This document shows, piece after piece, positions 26,890 through 34,855 of a DNA stretch of 55,900 bases. The DNA lies in the IMG/VR virus record IMGVR_UViG_3300047667_000954, positions 1-55,900 of that record, one strand, 5' to 3'. Source of the DNA: a virus (lineage: Duplodnaviria; Caudoviricetes). How positions within the stretch are numbered: the first letter of the stretch is position 1; every line of letters starts with the position of its first letter. Under the pieces are notes generated by a model that was not told the DNA's origin, searched no databases, and was given only the letters and a program-made list of their open reading frames with translations. The translations under genes were made by a program, and so were the position numbers.

Positions 26890-27094
26890 TCCACTAATTA
26901 GTAGTATAGGTACCAAGAGATGGGTGTTAAATCATCAGCTGCACAGAACAGATGGTCCCGCTGTTGAATGGTCAAATGGCCATGTACAATGGTTTTTAGA
27001 TGGTGAAGTGTTTTATACATTTGATCACTGGCTTGAAGAAAATACATACTTGACAGATGGTGAAAAAGTTATGATGAAGTTGCAGTATGGATAA
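26882..27094 (+). CDS. HRTDGPA-repeat protein 4 (1 unit)
   Basis: 70 aa; ends MKLQYG. Confidence 0.8.
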   Translation: MGNPLISSIGTKRWVLNHQLHRTDGPAVEWSNGHVQWFLDGEVFYTFDHWLEENTYLTDGEKVMMKLQYG

Positions 27095-27296
27095 TCCAGA
27101 AATTGATCGGTTTGGTAACAAGACTTGGTACTTAAATGGTCAGCGTCATAGAACAGATGGACCTGCTTGTGAATGGTCAGATGGCAGCAAGAGTTGGTAC
27201 CTGCATGATCACTTTTATCTATTTGATCAATGGCTTAAAGTAAATCCAGCCCTGACACATGAACAAAAAGTTATGATAAAGTTGCAATATGGATAA
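27087..27296 (+). CDS. HRTDGPA-repeat protein 5 (1 unit)
   Basis: 69 aa; ends IKLQYG. Confidence 0.8.
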   Translation: MDNPEIDRFGNKTWYLNGQRHRTDGPACEWSDGSKSWYLHDHFYLFDQWLKVNPALTHEQKVMIKLQYG

Positions 27297-27570
27297 TCCA
27301 AAAATCGATCAGTTTGGTAACAAGAGATATTACGTAAATGGTGCACGGCATAGAACAGATGGGCCTGCTTTTGAGTTTGCATCAGGTACCAAGTCTTGGT
27401 GGTTAAATGATTGCAGGCACAGAACAGACGGACCTGCTGTTGAATATGCAGATGGTCGAACGGGTTGGTATTTAGATGGTGAAGTGTTTTTTACATTTGA
27501 TGAATGGCTAGATGAAAATTCATACTTGACACATGAGCAAAAAGTTATTATGAAGCTGCAATATGGATAA
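27289..27570 (+). CDS. HRTDGPA-repeat protein 6 (2 units)
   Basis: 93 aa; ends MKLQYG. Confidence 0.85.
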   Translation: MDNPKIDQFGNKRYYVNGARHRTDGPAFEFASGTKSWWLNDCRHRTDGPAVEYADGRTGWYLDGEVFFTFDEWLDENSYLTHEQKVIMKLQYG

Positions 27571-27841
27571 TCCAGAAATTGACGAAGATGGTAGTAAGTC
27601 TTGGTACTTAGATGGTCGCCTGCACAGGACAGATGGACCTGCTATTGAAAATGCAGATGGTAGTAAGACTTGGTGGTTAAATGGCTTTCTGCACAGAACA
27701 GATGGTGCTGCTTGTGAATGGTCAGATGGCGACCTGTGGTGGTACCTAAATGGCGAAAAGTATAAATTTGATGAATGGCTTGAAATAAATTCATACTTGA
27801 CACATGAGCAAAAAGTTATTATGAAGCTGCAATATGGATAA
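27563..27841 (+). CDS. HRTDGPA-repeat protein 7 (2 units)
   Basis: 92 aa; ends MKLQYG. Confidence 0.85.
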   Translation: MDNPEIDEDGSKSWYLDGRLHRTDGPAIENADGSKTWWLNGFLHRTDGAACEWSDGDLWWYLNGEKYKFDEWLEINSYLTHEQKVIMKLQYG

Positions 27842-28118
27842 TCCAGAAATTGATGAAGATGGTAGTAAGTTTTGGTGGGTTGGTCTACAACTGCACAGAA
27901 TAGACGGGCCTGCTATTGAATGGGCAGATGATGGCAAGGAGTGGTGGGTGAGTGGTATTCGGCACAGAACAGATGGGCCTGCTTGCGAATGGCCAGATGG
28001 CCGCGTAACTCAACGCTGGTACCTAAATGGCGAAAAGTATAAATTTGATGAATGGCTTGATGTAAATTCAGACTTGACACATGAACAAAAAGTTATGATG
28101 AAGTTGACACATGGATAA
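27834..28118 (+). CDS. HRTDGPA-repeat protein 8 (2 units)
   Basis: 94 aa; ends MKLTHG. Confidence 0.85.
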   Translation: MDNPEIDEDGSKFWWVGLQLHRIDGPAIEWADDGKEWWVSGIRHRTDGPACEWPDGRVTQRWYLNGEKYKFDEWLDVNSDLTHEQKVMMKLTHG

Positions 28119-28389
28119 TCCAAGAATTGATCTAACAGGCAACAAGAGATGGTGGTCAAATGGCAAGGTGCATAGAACAGATGGCCCTGCTATTGAATAT
28201 ACAGATGGTACTAAGTTTTGGGTTTTAAATGGCGATGTGCATAGAACAGACGGACCTGCTGTTGAATGGCCATCTGGCCATGTACAATGGTTTTTAAATA
28301 GGCAAGGGTATACATTTGATACATGGCTTGAAATGAATACAGATCTGACACATGAACAAAAAGTTATTATGAAGCTACAATATGGCTAA
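28111..28389 (+). CDS. HRTDGPA-repeat protein 9 (2 units)
   Basis: 92 aa; ends MKLQYG. Confidence 0.85.
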   Translation: MDNPRIDLTGNKRWWSNGKVHRTDGPAIEYTDGTKFWVLNGDVHRTDGPAVEWPSGHVQWFLNRQGYTFDTWLEMNTDLTHEQKVIMKLQYG

Positions 28390-28741
28390 TATGCAACCAA
28401 CAATATCAATAGATGTACATGGCAACAAGAGATTCTGGGCAAATGGTCACCTGCACAGAACAGATGGGCCTGCAATCGAATATGCAGGTGGCGACAATTT
28501 TTGGTTGTTAAATGGAGATCTGCACAGAACAGATGGACCTGCTATTGAATATGCAGATGGTACTAAGTCTTGGTTTCAAAATGGGGCACGCCACAGAACA
28601 GATGGCCCTGCTGTTGAATATGCAAATGGGACCCCCATCTGGTTTTTAAATAATCAGAAGTATACATTTGATGAATGGCTGGACGCAAATTCAGACCTAA
28701 CACATGGTGAAAAAGTTATTATGAAGTTGCAGTATGGATAA
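28382..28741 (+). CDS. HRTDGPA-repeat protein 10 (3 units)
   Basis: 119 aa; ends MKLQYG. Confidence 0.85.
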   Translation: MANMQPTISIDVHGNKRFWANGHLHRTDGPAIEYAGGDNFWLLNGDLHRTDGPAIEYADGTKSWFQNGARHRTDGPAVEYANGTPIWFLNNQKYTFDEWLDANSDLTHGEKVIMKLQYG

Positions 28742-29081
28742 TCCAGAAATTGATAAATTAGGTACCAAGAGATGGCGGGTAAATGGTCGGTTGCATAGAA
28801 CAGATGGGCCTGCTGTTGAGTTTACATCAGGTACCAAGACTTGGTGGACAAATGGAGAGCTGCACAGAACAGATGGACCTGCACGTGAACATGCAGATGG
28901 AAGCTCCAGCTGGTGGTTGCATAATAGACACCATAGAACAGATGGACCTGCTATTGAATATGCAGATGGTCGCAAGAGTTGGTACATACACGGGCAAGAG
29001 TATTCAGTTGATGAATGGCTTGATGTAAATCCAGACTTGACACATGAACAAAAAGTTATGATGAAATTGCAATATGGATAA
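28734..29081 (+). CDS. HRTDGPA-repeat protein 11 (3 units)
   Basis: 115 aa; ends MKLQYG. Confidence 0.85.
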   Translation: MDNPEIDKLGTKRWRVNGRLHRTDGPAVEFTSGTKTWWTNGELHRTDGPAREHADGSSSWWLHNRHHRTDGPAIEYADGRKSWYIHGQEYSVDEWLDVNPDLTHEQKVMMKLQYG

Positions 29082-29352
29082 TCCAAGAATTGATAATATG
29101 GGCACCAAGAGATGGTGGGTAAATGGTAGACGGCATAGAACAGATGGTCCTGCTATTGAATATGCAGATGGTACAAAGTTGTGGTATATAAATGGTAAAC
29201 AGCACAGAACAGATGGGCCTGCTATTGAGTGGTGGGATGGCCAGATGGATTGGTATTTAAACGATCATATCTATTCATTTGATGACTGGCTGGATGCAAA
29301 TACAGACCTGACAGATGGTGAAAAAGTTATGATGAAGTTAAAATTTGCTTGA
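29074..29352 (+). CDS. HRTDGPA-repeat protein 12 (2 units)
   Basis: 92 aa; ends MKLKFA with the stop inside TTGACA. Confidence 0.85.
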   Translation: MDNPRIDNMGTKRWWVNGRRHRTDGPAIEYADGTKLWYINGKQHRTDGPAIEWWDGQMDWYLNDHIYSFDDWLDANTDLTDGEKVMMKLKFA

Positions 29353-29377
29353 CAAGTAACTTTTGCCATTGTAGTTT
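29349..29377 (+). promoter_or_regulatory. sigma70-type promoter
   Basis: TTGACA-17-TAGTTT. Confidence 0.5.
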
Positions 29378-29431
29378 AACAGCATAAGCAACGCAGATAC
29401 GCTGCCTAGCAAGTATTGGGAAAATACGCCA

Positions 29432-29806
29432 ATGTCCACAACCTCCTATATTGGGATCGAGCAAATAGACGGAACCGTAAGCGTGGTATATAGCCATCAC
29501 AACGGGCATATTGCAGGGGTTGGGTCAGCATTGCACAATAACTATAACACGCATGACGCCGCCGTTGAGCTTGTGTCAGGCGGTGATATGACCTTCCCAG
29601 GGGCAAGTTATAGTAGTCAAGGCGAATGCTTGGCAGACACTGCACCATCAATAAATCAAAACAGAGGGCACTTTGCAGTACAATACAAGAAACAATATCG
29701 TTACCTGTATTGCATTCAAACCCAAAGCTGGGCGGTGATGGCGCCTGGAGAACAGCATGTTTGGTTGGGATTGCGTCATGCACTCCTACCTGCGCGCAAA
29801 AATTAA
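29432..29806 (+). CDS. conserved phage hypothetical protein
   Basis: MSTTSYIG...G.V..VYSHHNGH..GVG..L..NY resembles the common MSTRSxIG...YxHxDGY phage family. Confidence 0.65.
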   Translation: MSTTSYIGIEQIDGTVSVVYSHHNGHIAGVGSALHNNYNTHDAAVELVSGGDMTFPGASYSSQGECLADTAPSINQNRGHFAVQYKKQYRYLYCIQTQSWAVMAPGEQHVWLGLRHALLPARKN

Positions 29807-29849
29807 ATTTACTAACTACCACAATATTTGAAAATAATTAAATATTGTG

Positions 29850-29878
29850 TTGACACCTACCCTAACTTTGTATAAGTT
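29850..29878 (+). promoter_or_regulatory. sigma70-type promoter
   Basis: TTGACA-17-TAAGTT with AT-rich upstream region. Confidence 0.55.
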
Positions 29879-29915
29879 AGTTTTACGATACATGAAGCCA
29901 GACCAGGAGATTAAC

Positions 29916-31166
29916 ATGGCCGAGACTAATATTGAACGACACATGATCCGACTTAGCGAAGCTAAGAAGTATATTAACCACGTTGCTGTACGCCGTAAGC
30001 GCCCAGTATTTTTGTGGGGCGCACCAGGCGTTGGTAAATCCGATGTTATTGAGTCAATTGTAAAAGATGCAATTGCTGCAGGCAAGGACGCCAAGCTGTA
30101 CGACATGCGTTTGAGCATGTGTGAACCTACTGATATTATGGGCATTCCATATTTTGACAGTGGTGCAAACATCGACGCCAAGGTCATGACTAAAATGTTC
30201 CAAGAGCAGATGAAGAGCTTGGACCGTAATGATGTGAACGCGATTGCAACAGCACAGGCTGAATTTGCTGCAAAGGTTGAAGCAGTATTTGGGCAAGCTG
30301 GCGGAACAATGAAATGGGCACCCCCATCCTTGCTTCCAAAGTTGGAAGATGCTGGCCGCGACCTTGTTGTTCTTTTCCTAGACGAAATGAACGGTGCTGC
30401 TCCAGCGGTACAAGCCGCTGCATACCAGCTGGTGCTTAACCGCCGCGTTGGCGAATATATGTTGCCTGATAACGTGGCTGTTGTTGCTGCTGGTAACCGT
30501 GACACAGACAAAGGTGTTACCTACCGTATGCCCAAGCCACTTTCCAACCGCTTCGTCCACTTTGAAGTGCGCGTTGACTTTGGTGATTGGGTAGAGTGGG
30601 CGACAAACAACGGTGTATCTGCAGATGTTGTTGGTTACTTGACTGTTAAGAAGAATGACCTTAACAGGTTCGATCCCAAGAGCCCAGACCATGCATTCCC
30701 TACTCCGCGTAGCTGGGTGTTTGTATCCGACATCCTTCAGGACTCAGAAGGGTTTACTGATGGTGAAATTACTGATATGATTATTGGTACAATTGGCCAA
30801 GGCACCGCGCTATCCTTTGCAGCCCACCGCAAAATTAGTTCGTTACTGCCTGATCCTACTTTGATCCTCAAAGGGCAAATTACGGAGCTCAAGACCAAGG
30901 AGATCTCAGCAATGTACTCACTAGCTACATCGTTGGCATACGAGCTCAAGGCACAGAAGAATTTGATTGGCCGTGAGATTGATGAAGACACTATGCAGGA
31001 GTATATCAACAACACACTCGGCTTTTGGATGGCACACTTCGAACCAGAGATGATTGTTGCGTCCTTCCGTATGCTTATTAAATATGGTATTAAGCCTGAT
31101 ATGCAGCGGCTCTCCAACTGGAAAGCGTTCCTAAAGCGTTACGGCGACCTGGTCCGCGCTGCTTAA
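29916..31166 (+). CDS. MoxR-type AAA+ ATPase
   Basis: Walker A GAPGVGKS, Walker B LFLDE, AAGNR, NRF, PTPRSW; AGGAG SD before ATG 29916. Confidence 0.9.
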   Translation: MAETNIERHMIRLSEAKKYINHVAVRRKRPVFLWGAPGVGKSDVIESIVKDAIAAGKDAKLYDMRLSMCEPTDIMGIPYFDSGANIDAKVMTKMFQEQMKSLDRNDVNAIATAQAEFAAKVEAVFGQAGGTMKWAPPSLLPKLEDAGRDLVVLFLDEMNGAAPAVQAAAYQLVLNRRVGEYMLPDNVAVVAAGNRDTDKGVTYRMPKPLSNRFVHFEVRVDFGDWVEWATNNGVSADVVGYLTVKKNDLNRFDPKSPDHAFPTPRSWVFVSDILQDSEGFTDGEITDMIIGTIGQGTALSFAAHRKISSLLPDPTLILKGQITELKTKEISAMYSLATSLAYELKAQKNLIGREIDEDTMQEYINNTLGFWMAHFEPEMIVASFRMLIKYGIKPDMQRLSNWKAFLKRYGDLVRAA

Positions 31167-31212
31167 GGACGGTGTCCTTAAGACCTGGCGGGGGCAATGC
31201 CCCCGCCATTTT
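31162..31212 (+). terminator. two tandem hairpins, the second a rho-independent terminator
   Basis: CTTAAGGAC-GGT-GTCCTTAAG (31162-31182); TGGCGGGGGC-AAT-GCCCCCGCCA-TTTT (31186-31212). Confidence 0.8.
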
Positions 31213-31218
31213 CATATA

Positions 31219-31617
31219 GTGAATTACATGAACCATATATCATCTACACCACAGAAACCACATCACACATCTAGTGTTAGATTGAAAATGTGGGAAGAAA
31301 AATTTCCAGGATGTGGTGATGATTTTATAGAATTTTTAGATAGCAGGATGCCAACTATGGGAGTGATAGCCACATGGAAATCAGAGTGGATAGAAACGTC
31401 ACCTTATAGAATGACTATTATGTACAATGGTAGTATTGCAGCGTACCATGACACAGGTAAAAAATTATCGTTGCGTAAACAAGTTTCCAACGTAACAGAG
31501 CAAGCCAAAATACATCCATATTTTTGGGACCTAATCGGGCGGTGGCCATACCGGGATCGTTTTGAAGTGGTCTTTTTTAAGGAAGAACATCTCGTAATGT
31601 TTAAACTATCATGGTAG
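31219..31617 (+). CDS. hypothetical protein with C-terminal VMFKLSW tag
   Basis: 132-aa ORF (start uncertain); ends VVFFKEEHLVMFKLSW. Confidence 0.6.
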   Translation: MNYMNHISSTPQKPHHTSSVRLKMWEEKFPGCGDDFIEFLDSRMPTMGVIATWKSEWIETSPYRMTIMYNGSIAAYHDTGKKLSLRKQVSNVTEQAKIHPYFWDLIGRWPYRDRFEVVFFKEEHLVMFKLSW

Positions 31618-31916
31618 CGGCCCGTAAAACTAAAGAGCGGTACAGTAATGCGGCTCTCATGGATGTTTTTGGTTCAATTGGAGCCAGCCCAACTGCAATC
31701 GTAAGATGGAAACAACAATGGCGCGACACGTCAGGAAAAGTGGAGGTCAGTAGCTTTCATTCAGCCGTTGTTCTACTCAGACAGTATGAAATTGACCCGC
31801 TGTACTATCAGTTTATAAGTTATACTGACGGCATCATGAGTCCATCCTTACACTACATCGTCTTTTATAAGATGGAACATGAGGTTATATTTAAACTCAC
31901 TAGTGGTATTACTTGA
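31611..31916 (+). CDS. hypothetical protein, distant paralog of the upstream ORF
   Basis: Shared I..WK.(E/Q)W and IDP.(F/Y)-like blocks and IVFYKMEHEVIFKL tail. Confidence 0.6.
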   Translation: MVAARKTKERYSNAALMDVFGSIGASPTAIVRWKQQWRDTSGKVEVSSFHSAVVLLRQYEIDPLYYQFISYTDGIMSPSLHYIVFYKMEHEVIFKLTSGIT

Positions 31917-31941
31917 CAAGCAAGGAATAATACCATATTAT
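31913..31941 (+). promoter_or_regulatory. sigma70-type promoter
   Basis: TTGACA-17-TATTAT. Confidence 0.7.
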
Positions 31942-31967
31942 ATATTAGAACGCAATAGAGGTATGAC

Positions 31968-33284
31968 ATGACCAAAAAAGCATCCAAGACTGCACATGCA
32001 GACAAAGCCTACATGACACGAGAAATTGACGATGAATTGATTCAAGAATCACTGAATTGCATTATCAAATCTCGTATGACTATGCTGTTTAAGCACCCGT
32101 TCTTTGGTCAGCTTGCGCTGCGCCTTAAGTTGGTGCCTTCCTCACGCGATTGGTGCCCTACAGCGGCAACAGACGGTCGTAACTTTTATTTTAACCCTGC
32201 TTTTATTGCAGAGCTAGACGCCAAGGAAAATGTATTCCTTGTTGCACATGAGCTTGGCCATTGCATTTACGAACACTTTATGCGTGGTGGCGGCAGAGAT
32301 CCAAAGCTATTCAACATTGCAGGCGACTACATTATTAACAATACGCTGGACACTGAACTTGTGAAGCCAGGTGGTGATTATGCCCGTATCATTACATATG
32401 TTAAGCCTTACTTGAATCACAAGTATGATGGTTGGACAACTGAAGAAGTTTATGATGATCTCCAGCAACAGAAAGATAGTGGCGGTAAGCCAGAAGAAGA
32501 TGGCGAGTTAATCGATGTACACATTGATGTGAGCGGCAGTGGCAGCGGAGATGAGGACGGCGTCGAAACTCAAGGCGATCCGGGGCTGTCTGGTAAGCCA
32601 GAAAAATTAGATGAAGAAGCTCAGAAGCAGTTGGGCAACGAGATGAAAGATGCTCTTATCCAAGCTGCCGCCGCTGCTGGTGCAGCCAATGTACCGGCTG
32701 ATATGAAGCGTTTGATTAAAGACTTGCTGGAGCCTGAAATGGACTGGCGCGAAATTATTCGCGCGCAAGTTGAAAGCTCGTTGAAGTCCAATTACACGTT
32801 TTTGCGGCCAAACCGTAAAGGCTGGCACCTGGCCGCAATCCTGCCAGGTATGGACCGTGATGTAAAGATTGATGTTTCGCTTGCAATTGATACTTCAGGT
32901 TCCATTAGCCAGTCAATGCTTACAGAGTTTGTAAGCGAAATTGCTGGTATTATGGATCAATACGACCAATATCGTATCCGTATTTGGCAGTTCGACACGG
33001 CAGTGTATGGATATGAAGAGTTTTCATCAGACGATGGTAATGACATCCGCGAGTACAACATCAGAGGTGGCGGCGGTACCAGCTTTCAGGCCAACTGGGA
33101 TTACATGGTAAAAAATGAAATTGAGCCAGACCAGTTCATCGTATTTACTGATGGTATGCCACATGGTGGATGGGGCAATCCAGACTATTGCGACACTGTA
33201 TTCCTAATCCACACAGAATACGGTCGCCCAGTTGCACCCTTTGGGCAGTCTGTTTACTATGAAGCCAAGAAAGTAAAAAACTAA
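31968..33284 (+). CDS. DUF2201-type metallopeptidase-like plus VWA domain protein (MoxR partner)
   Basis: PFFG, TAATDG, HELGH (HExxH), NIAGDYIIN; VWA MIDAS DTSGS, GGGGTSF, FTDG. Confidence 0.88.
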   Translation: MTKKASKTAHADKAYMTREIDDELIQESLNCIIKSRMTMLFKHPFFGQLALRLKLVPSSRDWCPTAATDGRNFYFNPAFIAELDAKENVFLVAHELGHCIYEHFMRGGGRDPKLFNIAGDYIINNTLDTELVKPGGDYARIITYVKPYLNHKYDGWTTEEVYDDLQQQKDSGGKPEEDGELIDVHIDVSGSGSGDEDGVETQGDPGLSGKPEKLDEEAQKQLGNEMKDALIQAAAAAGAANVPADMKRLIKDLLEPEMDWREIIRAQVESSLKSNYTFLRPNRKGWHLAAILPGMDRDVKIDVSLAIDTSGSISQSMLTEFVSEIAGIMDQYDQYRIRIWQFDTAVYGYEEFSSDDGNDIREYNIRGGGGTSFQANWDYMVKNEIEPDQFIVFTDGMPHGGWGNPDYCDTVFLIHTEYGRPVAPFGQSVYYEAKKVKN

Positions 33285-33286
33285 TA

Positions 33287-33568
33287 ATGCGATGGCAAAC
33301 GCACAAAGAACTAAGTCGGGCCGACATTGATTTAATGGTCGGCTCGACTACTTTGACAAAGATGATGAGGAATAAACTCATTATTAAATTTACTAACGTA
33401 GAATCTATTATCTCATATAAAAAAATGGGTCTTCAAGATTGCACTGGGTTGTATCATATTCGAAAGATACAACCTGATGGGATGGTATTAGAGATTATGT
33501 TTGAGTTAAAAAAAGACAGCATACGCGTACAAGAGCAGTTATCTATTTGCAAAATAAGCATGGATTAA
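33287..33568 (+). CDS. hypothetical protein
   Basis: 93-aa ORF; contains a 12-bp-stem hairpin at 33314-33349. Confidence 0.55.
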   Translation: MRWQTHKELSRADIDLMVGSTTLTKMMRNKLIIKFTNVESIISYKKMGLQDCTGLYHIRKIQPDGMVLEIMFELKKDSIRVQEQLSICKISMD

Positions 33569-33582
33569 CTGCTACGTTTATG

Positions 33583-33590
33583 CATAAATA
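33583..33590 (+). promoter_or_regulatory. possible T4-like late promoter (CATAAATA)
   Basis: ATAAATA followed by AGGAG SD and ATG 33609. Confidence 0.45.
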
Positions 33591-33608
33591 AACGTAGGAG
33601 AACTAACA

Positions 33609-33887
33609 ATGACAGCTAAAAAAGAAATCGAACCAACTATGCCAGAGAACGTGGAATCAGAAGTTACACAACAGGAGGCAATGCAATCTGCCCCTGATCT
33701 TGGTCCTGTATTGGATATGCAAGACCTGGCACAAACATTAAATCTCGTCTTTATCGCAATCAAACGCGGTGCGTATGAGAGATCAGAGCTTCGTGGTGTC
33801 CTTGACATCACCGACAAGCTTGAAAAGTTTCTGGAATACCAGGCAAAAGCCCGGGCAGAGGCACAGGCAACACAAGGAGAATTATAA
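33609..33887 (+). CDS. conserved hypothetical protein
   Basis: LDMQDL...AIKRGAY..SEL..V..KL..FL pattern. Confidence 0.7.
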   Translation: MTAKKEIEPTMPENVESEVTQQEAMQSAPDLGPVLDMQDLAQTLNLVFIAIKRGAYERSELRGVLDITDKLEKFLEYQAKARAEAQATQGEL

Positions 33888-34543
33888 TGGCTACATTTAA
33901 GCACGTAGGACGAGTTAAAAACACTGGACGTAAATGCGTTGTAGTGTTCCGAGAAATTTACAACGATGTCGGTACAGTTATTGACGAGCACAACTGCTTG
34001 GTATTTGAAACTGAAACATTGCCTGATGCAGAACATCAGGAATTAATGCGCATGGTTGAAAGTTCACAAGCGCAGGAAACTGGCGACTTGTATAATGTAC
34101 TTGGTCGGAATCGCCTGGGCAACGGACTCCAGGCATTAGCATGGCTGTCTTCAAGTAACCGCCTGCGCAAGTTTCCATGCACAAATGTTGAGCTAACACC
34201 AGACTCTCGCACTACAATTGGACTAGAGACGCTAAATAAGATTGTGAAGATGCAAAAGTCAGGCGCGACACAAAATGAAATCGAAAATGTTCTACGCAAT
34301 GATACTGATTCCTCACCACGTGATGTGACAGAGACTGCCAATAGCATAGTTACTACGCCTGAATTATCAGCTACACCAACGACAGGCGACGTAGTATTGG
34401 ATGATGCTGCACTAGCAGCTACCTTTATCGACCAAGCGAAAACCTTCGAGGCGCAAGCTAAAGGTCTTCGTGCACAGGCTAAAGCACTAAAGCCAGTAGC
34501 AAAAAAGCGATCCACTGCAACAAAGAAGCCTGCTAACCAATAA
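33887..34543 (+). CDS. conserved large-phage hypothetical protein
   Basis: AGGAG SD; KHVGR..G.K.VVVFR, CLV...LP...H..LM..VES..AQ; basic tail. Confidence 0.7.
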   Translation: MATFKHVGRVKNTGRKCVVVFREIYNDVGTVIDEHNCLVFETETLPDAEHQELMRMVESSQAQETGDLYNVLGRNRLGNGLQALAWLSSSNRLRKFPCTNVELTPDSRTTIGLETLNKIVKMQKSGATQNEIENVLRNDTDSSPRDVTETANSIVTTPELSATPTTGDVVLDDAALAATFIDQAKTFEAQAKGLRAQAKALKPVAKKRSTATKKPANQ

Positions 34544-34555
34544 GGCTAAAGCCAA

Positions 34556-34855
34556 ATGGCAATATATCAACGTGACCGCGATTTCCACCAAATGTTTGCA
34601 GATATTGAAGTAGATGTTGTTCCACTTAGGTTTGTCAAAGACATTACTTGCCATCTTAACGATGGTACCAAGGTTGTCTTGCACGAAAGTGATTTTACCC
34701 AAGAGGAACTTGAAACAGGCGACATCGAGACTATCATTAGAGGCTTACACTTCTATGATAGTCTGACAGATCTACAAGTGCGTATTGATTATGACCGTGT
34801 AGAAAAAGATGTTGTAATTGATGTAGACATACTCTTAAACAAGTTGAAAAAATGA
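34556..34855 (+). CDS. hypothetical protein
   Basis: 99-aa acidic ORF; ATGA overlap with DHFR. Confidence 0.65.
   Translation: MAIYQRDRDFHQMFADIEVDVVPLRFVKDITCHLNDGTKVVLHESDFTQEELETGDIETIIRGLHFYDSLTDLQVRIDYDRVEKDVVIDVDILLNKLKK

Larger units (their letters stand above)
25432..29352 (+). repeat. tandem array of 12 paralogous repeat-protein genes (33 units of about 69 bp plus a conserved junction repeat)
   Basis: Recurring CA(C/T)AGAACAGATGGNCCTGC core and AAAGTTAT(T/G)ATGAAG(C/T)TGCAATATGGATAATCCA junction. Confidence 0.95.

Noticed and set aside
26033-29060. TTGACA inside many array caps as internal promoters
   Set aside because: It encodes Leu-Thr; the nearest TAT(T/G)AT is only 14 nt away and the hexamer at 17 nt lacks the final T
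25384-29086. Minus-strand ORFs with AGPSVLC repeats
   Set aside because: Antisense shadows of the HRTDGPA repeats; no SD or promoter support
25454-29352. CRISPR-like periodicity (about 20-bp conserved core every 69 bp)
   Set aside because: Period is a multiple of 3, variation in the core is mostly at third codon positions, the 'spacers' are homologous to each other and everything lies in open reading frames; no cas genes
25454-29352. Diversity-generating retroelement as the source of variation
   Set aside because: No reverse transcriptase in the window and no template/variable pair with adenine-restricted differences was evident by eye; cannot be excluded elsewhere in the genome
29847-29915. 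N-terminal extension of the AAA+ ORF
   Set aside because: Overlaps the promoter; AGGAG SD supports ATG 29916
29816-30511. 231-aa minus-strand ORF and similar long antisense ORFs (2163-2726, 42905-43522, 51254-51829)
   Set aside because: Fully overlap well-supported genes on the opposite strand and show no recognisable motifs
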